Origin: Nanoarchaeum equitans Kin4-M
GTDB lineage: Archaea > Nanobdellota > Nanobdellia > Nanobdellales > Nanoarchaeaceae
DNA length: 32,000 nt
Direction: 5' to 3'
Assembly (NCBI GenBank): GCA_000008085.1
Contig: AE017199.1
Location: 240,001-272,000 of the forward strand
The stretch's first letter is position 1; the number at the start of each line of letters is the position of its first letter. Of this stretch, positions 16,970 through 24,300 are shown piece after piece. Both the position numbers and the translations under genes were made by a program. Below the pieces are notes generated by a model that was not told the origin of the DNA, did not search any database, and worked only from the letters and a program-made list of their open reading frames with translations.

Positions 16970-18790
16970 TTAGCTAAACAAAGACATTTTTAGCATTTCA
17001 TATAGGCCTTGGAATAAGGTTATAGTAATTATTACTATAATGGAATATATAGCAAAAGCTATGGCTAAATTTTTCACAATAACTATTTTTTCGCTTATTG
17101 GGTCTTTTGAATTTTCTATACTATTAAGCAAAATAGATAGAATTATTACTGATGCTATAACATATAACCCAACTAAAGCTTGGTACATAAAAGGATTTAT
17201 TGTCTCTTTCTTTATCATAAACATTTGCAAAACATCCAAAGGAATAGAAAATTGACCAGCACTTTTAAAATCGAATGATTTCATTATGTTGGTAATTAAA
17301 AGCATAATAGATATCATAAAGTTACCTATACCAACGATTATGCCCAACATTACTGGGATTAGCATTATTATTTGCATCTTCATCTCGCTAATAGCTTCGC
17401 TAAGCAAATCCTTAGTTCTCTCTAAAGCAGCGTTAACCTTTCTAAGATAGTCTAACAAAGAATCTAATAATTCTGATAAAGATGTTAAACCTTTATTATA
17501 GTTGGCTATAATAATATCGAATATTGTCTCTATTATAGGATTGTTGTATTTTTTTAATGCTTCTTTTACTGCAATATCCAATGGTTTATTCTCATTGATT
17601 TTGTTTTCTATATTATATAATAGCTCAGCTATTTCTAAGCCTTGCAATTTTTTTGATGTTAAGCTTAATGCCCTTTCTAAGCTATAACCTAAAGAGACAT
17701 AACTTTTTAGTGTTTCCAAAAATATTATTAATTGGTTAACCATTTTTTTAATTTTGTTGTAAAGAGAATAAATATCAATAAAATACAATGCAAACCCAAT
17801 TAGCAAAAACAAAACTAACAAAAATGTGTAAGCTAAAGAAACAATACTATTAAACATTTTGTATTCTTTATAATGGCTCGATGCGTTAAGAAATATTATT
17901 AACCATAAGAAAAACAATGGAACTAATATTAATAACCGATATTGCCTTTTTCCGGGATTATAACTAAATATGGTGGGAGGAACCTTTTTCTCTATAACAA
18001 ATTTAGATAGTATTAGCAATATGGTTGGCAAAACTATATCATAAAATATGAACAAATAAATGTAAGGCACTTCCGATGCAAGAATTCCGATTATTACTGG
18101 TAATAAAGTCATGGTCATTATCGGTAATACTATACCTATCATATTTATTATTTCGACAGAACTCTTTAGCTCTCGGCTAAAAGATAGCATTCTATAGTAG
18201 CTTTGCTCCAAATAATAGGATAATGCCTCTTTCGGGTTTTTGTTTATTAGGATGAACAATGCTTGAGTTATTGTTGTGTTTTCTTTCCATCTTTTTGCAT
18301 AAAACTCTAGGGCGTCACTAATAGATTCGAAATACCTTAAGTTGGTATACCATAATAGCCTTTCTATGTCCAATTTTATAGGGAAAGGCAAATGCTTCGC
18401 ACTATTATATATTGCTAAATCAATACTAGGCAAAACTTCATAAAACATTGCTACATTAAGCAAAAACAAAAGAAATTGTGTTTCTTTTTTGGTTCTATAG
18501 CTTTTACCAACAATAATTGGATAATAATAAACATACAAAGCCAAAAACAAAAATATTAAAGTCAAAAAAATGAAGTTTATATTGAATAAAGAAACAATCG
18601 CAGAAACCATTGCGAGCAATATAAAAAACAAAGAAGCTTTTCCAACATTGTTTGGATCTATTTCTAAGCCCAATTCCCATGCATAAAATTTTATTTTTTC
18701 TTTCTCTTTTTCATTAAGGAAAGAAGGTAGAGGCAAATAAGACAAAAAATTTGTAATGTAATAATAAATTTTGGCATGCCATGGAATCAC
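16970..18790 (-). CDS. Second FlaJ/TadC-like polytopic platform protein (two T2SSF-like domains fused)
   Basis: 606 aa with more than 8 TM helices. The second cytoplasmic domain, FLETLKSYVSLGYSLERALSLTSKKLQGLEIAELLYNIENKINENKPLDIAVKEALKKY...IIANYNKGLTSLSELLDSLLDYLRKV, fits T2SSF well. The first domain (..SIDLAIYNSAKHLPFPIKLDIERLL...SISDALEFYAKRW..) is more divergent. GTG start at 18790. Confidence 0.65.
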   Translation of the reverse strand: MIPWHAKIYYYITNFLSYLPLPSFLNEKEKEKIKFYAWELGLEIDPNNVGKASLFFILLAMVSAIVSLFNINFIFLTLIFLFLALYVYYYPIIVGKSYRTKKETQFLLFLLNVAMFYEVLPSIDLAIYNSAKHLPFPIKLDIERLLWYTNLRYFESISDALEFYAKRWKENTTITQALFILINKNPKEALSYYLEQSYYRMLSFSRELKSSVEIINMIGIVLPIMTMTLLPVIIGILASEVPYIYLFIFYDIVLPTILLILSKFVIEKKVPPTIFSYNPGKRQYRLLILVPLFFLWLIIFLNASSHYKEYKMFNSIVSLAYTFLLVLFLLIGFALYFIDIYSLYNKIKKMVNQLIIFLETLKSYVSLGYSLERALSLTSKKLQGLEIAELLYNIENKINENKPLDIAVKEALKKYNNPIIETIFDIIIANYNKGLTSLSELLDSLLDYLRKVNAALERTKDLLSEAISEMKMQIIMLIPVMLGIIVGIGNFMISIMLLITNIMKSFDFKSAGQFSIPLDVLQMFMIKKETINPFMYQALVGLYVIASVIILSILLNSIENSKDPISEKIVIVKNLAIAFAIYSIIVIITITLFQGLYEMLKMSLFS

Positions 18791-18810
18791 TATATTGGTA
18801 ATAACTCATA

Positions 18811-18818
18811 TTTATAAA
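18811..18818. promoter_or_regulatory. Single palindromic TATA box (TTTATAAA) serving both divergent genes
   Basis: The 48-nt spacer is 20 nt + TTTATAAA + 20 nt, flanked by GTG 18790 (minus) and ATG 18839 (plus). Confidence 0.6.
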
Positions 18819-18838
18819 TTATTATATTTCCCAAAACT

Positions 18839-19096
18839 ATGATTCGATACGAGTTCAAAACCCCGAATCTTTTGGAGGTTTTGATTTTGCTTACAATAAT
18901 AGTTATATCATATTGGTTTATTAGCTACCAATCAACAGTAAATAACATAATCACAAGCGCAGTAGGTAATGAAGTAACTACTTACCTTAAGATTATAATC
19001 AATAACCAACTATCTCAAACCATATTATTATGGTTTATTCTATTAACAACATTATTCAATAGCCTAATCCTAGAAGGCATAAGAGACAAATTATAA
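18839..19096 (+). CDS. Small two-TM membrane protein, hypothetical
   Basis: 85 aa with hydrophobic helices LLEVLILLTIIVISYWFI and ILLWFILLTTLFNSLIL. Divergent from the FlaJ-like gene. Confidence 0.4.
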   Translation: MIRYEFKTPNLLEVLILLTIIVISYWFISYQSTVNNIITSAVGNEVTTYLKIIINNQLSQTILLWFILLTTLFNSLILEGIRDKL

Positions 19097-19098
19097 TT

Positions 19099-19105
19099 TT
19101 TAAAT
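19099..19105 (+). promoter_or_regulatory. TATA box (TTTAAAT) of tRNA-Asp
   Basis: Occupies -20 to -26 relative to the mature 5' end at 19125. Confidence 0.6.
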
Positions 19106-19124
19106 CGAAGTTTTATTAGTTCTA

Positions 19125-19197
19125 GCCCCGGTGGTGTAGCGGCCTAGCATGCGGGCCTGTCGAGCCCGCGACCCGGGTTCAAATCCCGGCCGGGGCG
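19125..19197 (+). tRNA. tRNA-Asp (anticodon GUC)
   Basis: GCCCCGG-TG-GTGTAGCGGCCTAGCAT-G-CGGGC-CTGTCGA-GCCCG-CGAC-CCGGG-TTCAAAT-CCCGG-CCGGGGC-G. 73 nt, no intron, no CCA. Confidence 0.95.
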
Positions 19198-19229
19198 GTT
19201 TTTTCATTCTTAAGAATGAGAAAAAATAG
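19198..19229. terminator. Bidirectional oligo-T terminator with a central 14-bp palindrome between convergent tRNAs
   Basis: GTTTTTT-CATTCTTAAGAATG-AGAAAAAATAG. T6 follows tRNA-Asp after 1 nt, T6 follows tRNA-Ala (other strand) after 3 nt, and CATTCTTAAGAATG (19205-19218) is a perfect palindrome. Confidence 0.55.
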
Positions 19230-19301
19230 TGGACCCGCCGGGATTCGAACCCGGGGCCTCCGCCGTGCCAGGGCGGCGTCCTACCGCTGGACTACGGGCC
19301 C
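19230..19301 (-). tRNA. tRNA-Ala (anticodon GGC)
   Basis: Reverse complement GGGCCCG-TA-GTCCAGCGGTAGGAC-G-CCGCC-CTGGCAC-GGCGG-AGGCC-CCGGG-TTCGAAT-CCCGG-CGGGTCC-A. The G3:U70 wobble pair (the Ala identity element) is present. 72 nt. Confidence 0.95.
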
Positions 19302-19684
19302 GGTATAACATTAATTATCGGTTTAAAAACCTTTAGGGGGATATATTTTATAGAAACCAAATCTTTTATGCTATCTGTGGGTTTGTTGACTAATATACTA
19401 TAAATGGTACCATCAAAACCGGCATTGTCATTCTTTATATTATATATTTCTTTCCATCCGAATTCGGTTTTTTCTATGTTAAAGCCATTTTCTATTAATT
19501 TTTGTGCATGCTCTAATAAAAGTTTTACTGCTTCCATAGGAGTAAGGTCTCTAAATGCATAAATAAACAAATACAAGTTTTTCCATTTTATTGCGTGTAT
19601 ATCTTTGTTATGCCCATAGTATATTACATTACTATTGAGGAGTTGCTCTAGTGCGTTCTTGAAGTAGTACTTTACCACTTTCAT
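19292..19684 (-). CDS. Hypothetical protein
   Basis: The track ORF is 19292..19717. I prefer Met12 (ATG at 19684, MKVVKYYFKN...) because TTTATATT (19713-19706) lies 21 nt upstream of it and would be inside the longer ORF. The stop codon TAG is formed by tRNA-Ala nucleotides 8-10. Confidence 0.5.
   Translation of the reverse strand: MKVVKYYFKNALEQLLNSNVIYYGHNKDIHAIKWKNLYLFIYAFRDLTPMEAVKLLLEHAQKLIENGFNIEKTEFGWKEIYNIKNDNAGFDGTIYSILVNKPTDSIKDLVSIKYIPLKVFKPIINVIPGP
19321..19327 (-). promoter_or_regulatory. TATA box (TTTAAAC) of tRNA-Ala, embedded in the upstream CDS
   Basis: Occupies -20 to -26 relative to the mature 5' end at 19301. It lies inside the last codons of ORF 19292..19684. Confidence 0.55.
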
Positions 19685-19742
19685 ACAATAATAATAACAT
19701 GTTATAATATAAAGCATTTAATGCAAAATTTACTATTTTATT

Positions 19743-20087
19743 ATGTATCCCTATTTCGGAGACGAAATTGGGTATATATATAGATTCGATAAAAATATTG
19801 CTAAAAACCTCTATTTGCTAAAACCTATAGTTTATGATGGAGAAACATACCAAGCACCAATAGAATATAAAATGGGTGTAATACTATTGCCTGACAAATA
19901 TAAAGGTTTGATGCTAGAAATAGAACCAATAGAAGATAAGTTTGTAACATACCATATTGGCACTAAACCTTTCTTACAATTATACCAGGCTAAACCCCTA
20001 TTCGTGCCTAAGAAAGATGAATACAAATTACACAAAGTGCCATGGTTAGTCATTCGGGGGCTAAAAAAGTTAAAAGCTTTTAAATAA
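19743..20087 (+). CDS. Hypothetical protein
   Basis: 114-aa ORF with a basic C-terminus. No motif recognised. The antisense ORF 19832..20203 is judged a shadow. Confidence 0.45.
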   Translation: MYPYFGDEIGYIYRFDKNIAKNLYLLKPIVYDGETYQAPIEYKMGVILLPDKYKGLMLEIEPIEDKFVTYHIGTKPFLQLYQAKPLFVPKKDEYKLHKVPWLVIRGLKKLKAFK

Positions 20088-20105
20088 TGAAGCATATTTT
20101 TTATT

Positions 20106-20354
20106 ATGCCAGCAAAAAGAGACAGGGGTATCCCATTAGCAGCAGTCGAGAGAATATTAAAGGAGGAAGCAAAAAAGGTCGGAGTAACAAGAGTATCCGA
20201 CAAAGCAGTTAGGTTATTGAAAGAGAAATTAGAACAAATCTATGCAGAGATCGCCAAAGAGGCTTTAAAATTAGCAACACACGCTAAAAGAAAAACAATC
20301 AAAAAAGAAGATGTTTTAAATGCAGCAAAGGTAGTAGTTAAAAATTTAGTCTAA
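20106..20354 (+). CDS. Archaeal histone (HMf family) with a basic N-terminal extension and a 4-residue loop-1 insertion
   Basis: 82 aa. IPLAAVERILKEEAKKVGVTRVSDKAVRLLKEKLEQIYAEIAKEALKLATHAKRKTIKKEDVLNAAK aligns with HMfB ([62 protein letters not shown]) with 4 extra residues before RVSD. TTTAAAT lies 20 nt upstream of the ATG. Confidence 0.9.
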   Translation: MPAKRDRGIPLAAVERILKEEAKKVGVTRVSDKAVRLLKEKLEQIYAEIAKEALKLATHAKRKTIKKEDVLNAAKVVVKNLV

Positions 20355-20552
20355 AATCTTTATTAGCTTTTTTCTATTTTTAAACCCCTTTATTATTTTA
20401 ACTTTTCTACCGAAATACTTTTCCAACAAATATATTAGCTCTTTGTTCGCTTCATTATTTCTTGGAGGACTCTTAAGATAAACTTTCAATGGGTTGCCCT
20501 CAATTATTTTTTGATTTTTACTATTTGGGAATACCAATATTTCTACTATCAT
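20346..20552 (-). CDS. DUF167/YggU-family protein
   Basis: 68 aa. VEILVFPNSKNQKI...LKVYLKSPPRNNEANKELIYLLEKYFG..VKIIKGFKNRKKLIKI follows the YggU pattern (..v.pna....i....lkv....pP..G.AN..l..fL.......v.i..G..sr.K.i.i). Confidence 0.72.
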   Translation of the reverse strand: MIVEILVFPNSKNQKIIEGNPLKVYLKSPPRNNEANKELIYLLEKYFGRKVKIIKGFKNRKKLIKILD

Positions 20553-20578
20553 AGCGAATATTGTATTACCAATTTAAA

Positions 20579-20652
20579 CGGGCCGTGGGGGATTCGAACC
20601 CCCGACCTGCGGGTCCGAAGCCCGCCGCTCTACCTGGCTGAGCTAACGGCCC
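20579..20652 (-). tRNA. tRNA-Arg (anticodon UCG)
   Basis: Reverse complement GGGCCGT-TA-GCTCAGCCAGGTAGAGC-G-GCGGG-CTTCGGA-CCCGC-AGGTC-GGGGG-TTCGAAT-CCCCC-ACGGCCC-G. 74 nt, no intron. Confidence 0.95.
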
Positions 20653-20671
20653 AGCTAATTGTTTTGATGCT

Positions 20672-20680
20672 ATTTATAAA
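20672..20680. promoter_or_regulatory. Shared TATA element (ATTTATAAA) for tRNA-Arg (-) and the 20701 gene (+)
   Basis: On the minus strand, TTATAAAT ends 19 nt from the tRNA 5' end (20652). On the plus strand, TTTATAAA (20673-20680) lies 20 nt upstream of ATG 20701. Confidence 0.55.
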
Positions 20681-20700
20681 TGATGAAAGTTTATCTAAAA

Positions 20701-20988
20701 ATGGATCCTTTAATTATGGCAGGTATAGCATTAATTATAGCATGGTTAATACTACAATGGTCTGAACCCTTAATAAAATATTTATTATTATTGATTTTAT
20801 TTGTTTTGGTTTATGACTTTATAGTTAATGGAGACACATCTACTGCGGCTTTCTTAACTTCCTTTATAAGTAAAACAGTAAACAAAGCCGTTGTTATATT
20901 GCAAAACCTGTCAAAGACCAATAGTACAGAAATAATAAATAATCTAACCAATACCACTCCTATATTGTTATTGATTAGGAAAAAATAA
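20701..20988 (+). CDS. Small two-TM membrane protein, hypothetical
   Basis: The track ORF starts at 20680 (MMKVYLKMDP...). ATG 20701 (MDPLIMAGIALIIAWLIL...) fits the TATA-plus-20-nt geometry, whereas 20680 lies inside the TATA box. Confidence 0.45.
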   Translation: MDPLIMAGIALIIAWLILQWSEPLIKYLLLLILFVLVYDFIVNGDTSTAAFLTSFISKTVNKAVVILQNLSKTNSTEIINNLTNTTPILLLIRKK

Positions 20989-21327
20989 ACATTTTAGTAT
21001 TTTGTCCCTATAGCTTACGCAAACATATTTTCCTATACATCCCAATTCATTAACATCAATTACAGCTTTATTTTTTATGCCATCTAAATAAGTCCCACAA
21101 ATTGGTATAGTATTGTTAGTAACAAAAACGAAAATGTTTTTCATATTGGTTTTCCCGTACATCGATTCCAATATTAAATTGTTATTTTCTAGTTTTATTG
21201 ATAGAAATGGGATAGAATAATAGGATTGTCTTATTTCTAACATTTGGGGTATTATAATTTGGTTAACTGCTATAGTAAAGGTAAAAACTATTAACCCCAA
21301 CAATAATGGGTATGTAAAATACTCCAT
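20968..21327 (-). CDS. Small N-terminally anchored Cys-containing protein downstream of the giant ORF
   Basis: 119 aa. Hydrophobic helix YPLLLGLIVFTFTIAV, then a beta-looking region with 5 Cys. It starts 11 nt after the giant ORF stop. Confidence 0.5.
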   Translation of the reverse strand: MEYFTYPLLLGLIVFTFTIAVNQIIIPQMLEIRQSYYSIPFLSIKLENNNLILESMYGKTNMKNIFVFVTNNTIPICGTYLDGIKNKAVIDVNELGCIGKYVCVSYRDKILKCLFFPNQ

Positions 21328-21338
21328 CGTTTATACTA

Positions 21339-24300
21339 TTATATCTCTTTATAGGGGTATTGTTGTTTCTTCTTTCTGCGGAGCCATGCTATTAATATTA
21401 AGAATAATGCCGTTCCTATTATTATAATGGCAAAGGAATTGAACTCCCTTTTTGTTTTCTTTATGGGTTTCGCTTTTGGTTTTTCGTTTTTGCTTTGTTC
21501 TATTTCTGTTTTTTGTATTCTAGTATAAGGTAAAAACGTTTCGAAAACTAATTTATTATTTTTTATTACCATCACATGGCCTTCTTTTATTTGGGCTTTC
21601 CCAATATAGGTTTTGTTGTCATTAACAATAATCCCCCCTTCTATGGTTAAACCATTGTTTATATAAATTTTAACGCCTTCTACCTCTATATATGGTTTTT
21701 TATTGGCTGCGTAAAATATATAGGCAAACCTTGTATTGAATATAGGTTTTATTTTAGATTTTAAAGTTTTGTCCCATGTAAACAAGGGGGTATCCAATTT
21801 AGAACAATTAAGTTTTTGTGGTTTAATATAGATAGGGATATAATTATTATCGCATTTAGCTAGCATAGGGATAGAAATATTGTTCTCTAAATCGAAAGCT
21901 ATAAAAACATCTTTGGGCAAAAATATATAACTATTGTTGTAAAAATATAATATTGCATCGCTGTCTAAATCTATAATTTTGTATACATTGGAAGTATTGC
22001 CTATTGGTATAGGATAATTAATATTAAACTCCCCCACATATTGGTTGTTTGCATAAACTTCGTATCGGCCTTTCGATAAATACAATTTATTTCCAATTAT
22101 ATAGAAAGGAAATATTTTGCTATTCGCCTCTTCTATATAGCTAAAACCATCCAAATGTAGTTTAAATTGTCCCTTTATTTTGAAATAGATGTCTTTATTA
22201 TATACAGTAATGTAATTATCTGTATTCCCAATTATGGTATTGTTTGCCTTTTTTATATCTAAAGTCCAGGACTGAGGTTTAATATATATAGGCCTATCCA
22301 AATATATTATGTCTCTTTTGGTAAAATATTTCTTTATGTAACCTTTATTATATATAGCAGTAAAGAATGTTGGTATTACAAATTTGTATTCCCCTACTAC
22401 TATGGAATCATTTACAATATAAAATCCAGGTTTGGTTTTTATCCCAATATATAAGGTTTTGTTGAAATAGAATATTTTGTTATTTATTATCCTGCTTTCT
22501 CCTTCCCTTAATGTTATATCGGGTTTGAAATCGTTGTTAGTATCTATATATAAATTATCATCTATTCTAATGTTTGGTTTTCCCATATACCAGCCCTTGT
22601 CTAAGTTAAAACTGTACATCGTTGGTATATCTAAATTAATCTCTCTTTTTATAGAAGTGCAAACGCTTTTACATGCAGTAACTATTAGGTTTACTTTTCT
22701 AATTAATTTTATAGAATAATTTCCAAAAGGAACTTGGTCTTTTTTTGGGATTGGATCGAATTTTTTATATTGCAAAGGATTTATGTTACATGCTATATTA
22801 TTTGTCTCCCCATAACATAGCCATTTAACTTTATACAAATAGGGTTTTTCATAATATAATTTATTGTATATTCCTAACCCATTTAGGTAGTTTTCTAACA
22901 ATTTTTCTCCCAATAGCGATTTATTATAGAATACCCCGTATTTTATGCTAATGTTTTTGTATTCTATTTTTCCAGGTATTGTTATTAAAACATCGCCGTT
23001 TTCTATTTTTACTGGAATCGGAAAAGTATTATTCTCTATTATTCCAACATAAATTAGTTTACCATTGTGGTATACCTTAGCAAAGAAAGGATCTGATTTT
23101 ATTGTAACTTTATTCCCCTTTATTGTGTAATTAAAGTTAACCAAGTAGGTTGGTATCACTTTTATTTTGCCTTTTATTTTTCCATTAAGTTTTAACTCTA
23201 TTGCAGGCACATCGTATTGATAATAATCGAAATATCTTATTTGCTTTCCATCATATAATATTGTGTGCTTGTAATAACCTAAAATATGTATAATATTTAG
23301 GCCTTTTATCAAATAAGGGCTAACATCAATTTTCGACCATTCTTTGGATACATTTACCTTTAACTTTTTGTTATTTACTATAACAAAAATGGTATCTTTG
23401 TGAGAAGCTTTCAAATACAAATAATGCCCATCGAATTTGTATTCTATTCTTGGCTTTTCATAGTAATAATAAGGTATAACCTTATGGCCATCTTTGTATT
23501 TGATCTCAATAAGGTTTAATCCAATTCTTGGAGTAAATTTTATAGTACTATTTCCTTTGACTATATAAGTTTCGTTATTGATTTTTATTTCTATAGGGTA
23601 TGGCTGATTAGTAATGATTTGTAAAGTATTGTTCTCTATTTTAGTTATAACCTTTTGAGGTAAATAGTTAAACCTAAAGCAATAATTTTCTACACATAGT
23701 TTACCATCTTTGTATTCGCCGAAAGGTAATATGGTAGTATAATTATTGCTTTGAATTTGCAATTCTTTTATTCCATATTCGTTAATTCCTTTGTATACGA
23801 AAACTTTAATCGTATCATTTACATAGCTTAGAAGCTGGCTATCTATAGGGATTAGTTTATATAAATTATCGCCATCGCAATAAAAAGTTTGGTTAAACAT
23901 AAATTGATTGCAATCCCCATATGGAATTGCTAAATATAAGGAACCATTCAAATCTTTGGGTTTATTAACAAATATTATTGGAATACTAAATGTTTTTTCA
24001 AAATTGTCCTTTCTTATTTTTATTTCTATAGGGGTTTTAGTTGGGGTATATTCGATAGAATAAGACCCATTTAAATCTATTGTTCTATAGTATATTCCAT
24101 CTATATAGATATCGATGTTTTTGCCTTGTCCTATAATGAATATATTGGTTTTTTCGCCCTTTCTTATATTGTCGGGATCAACATATACCGCTTTTATGTT
24201 TAATGGGTCTTTTTCTACATAAACTTCTTTACTATATTTATATACAAGTTTGTTTCCTATGTAGGCTTTAACATCTATTGTTGTATTTCCATAGAATGGG

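Noticed and set aside
18839-19096. Possible type IV pilin: 85-aa protein next to the FlaJ-like gene, N-terminus MIRYEFKTPNLLEVLILLTIIV
   Set aside because: There is no Gly/Ala at the expected prepilin-peptidase cleavage position after the basic residue, and a second TM helix is atypical for pilins. Kept as a hypothetical membrane protein only.
20680-20686. Perfect C-box-like ATGATGA on the plus strand
   Set aside because: No D' box at the ~12-nt spacing, no C' box, and the first CTGA is about 80 nt away. The heptamer lies inside or next to the TATA box and the alternative start of ORF 20680..20988.
20511-20765. 84-aa plus-strand ORF spanning 20579..20652
   Set aside because: Its GC-rich core (GPWGIRTPDLRVRSPPLYLAELT) is simply the antisense translation of tRNA-Arg. 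It is not a gene.
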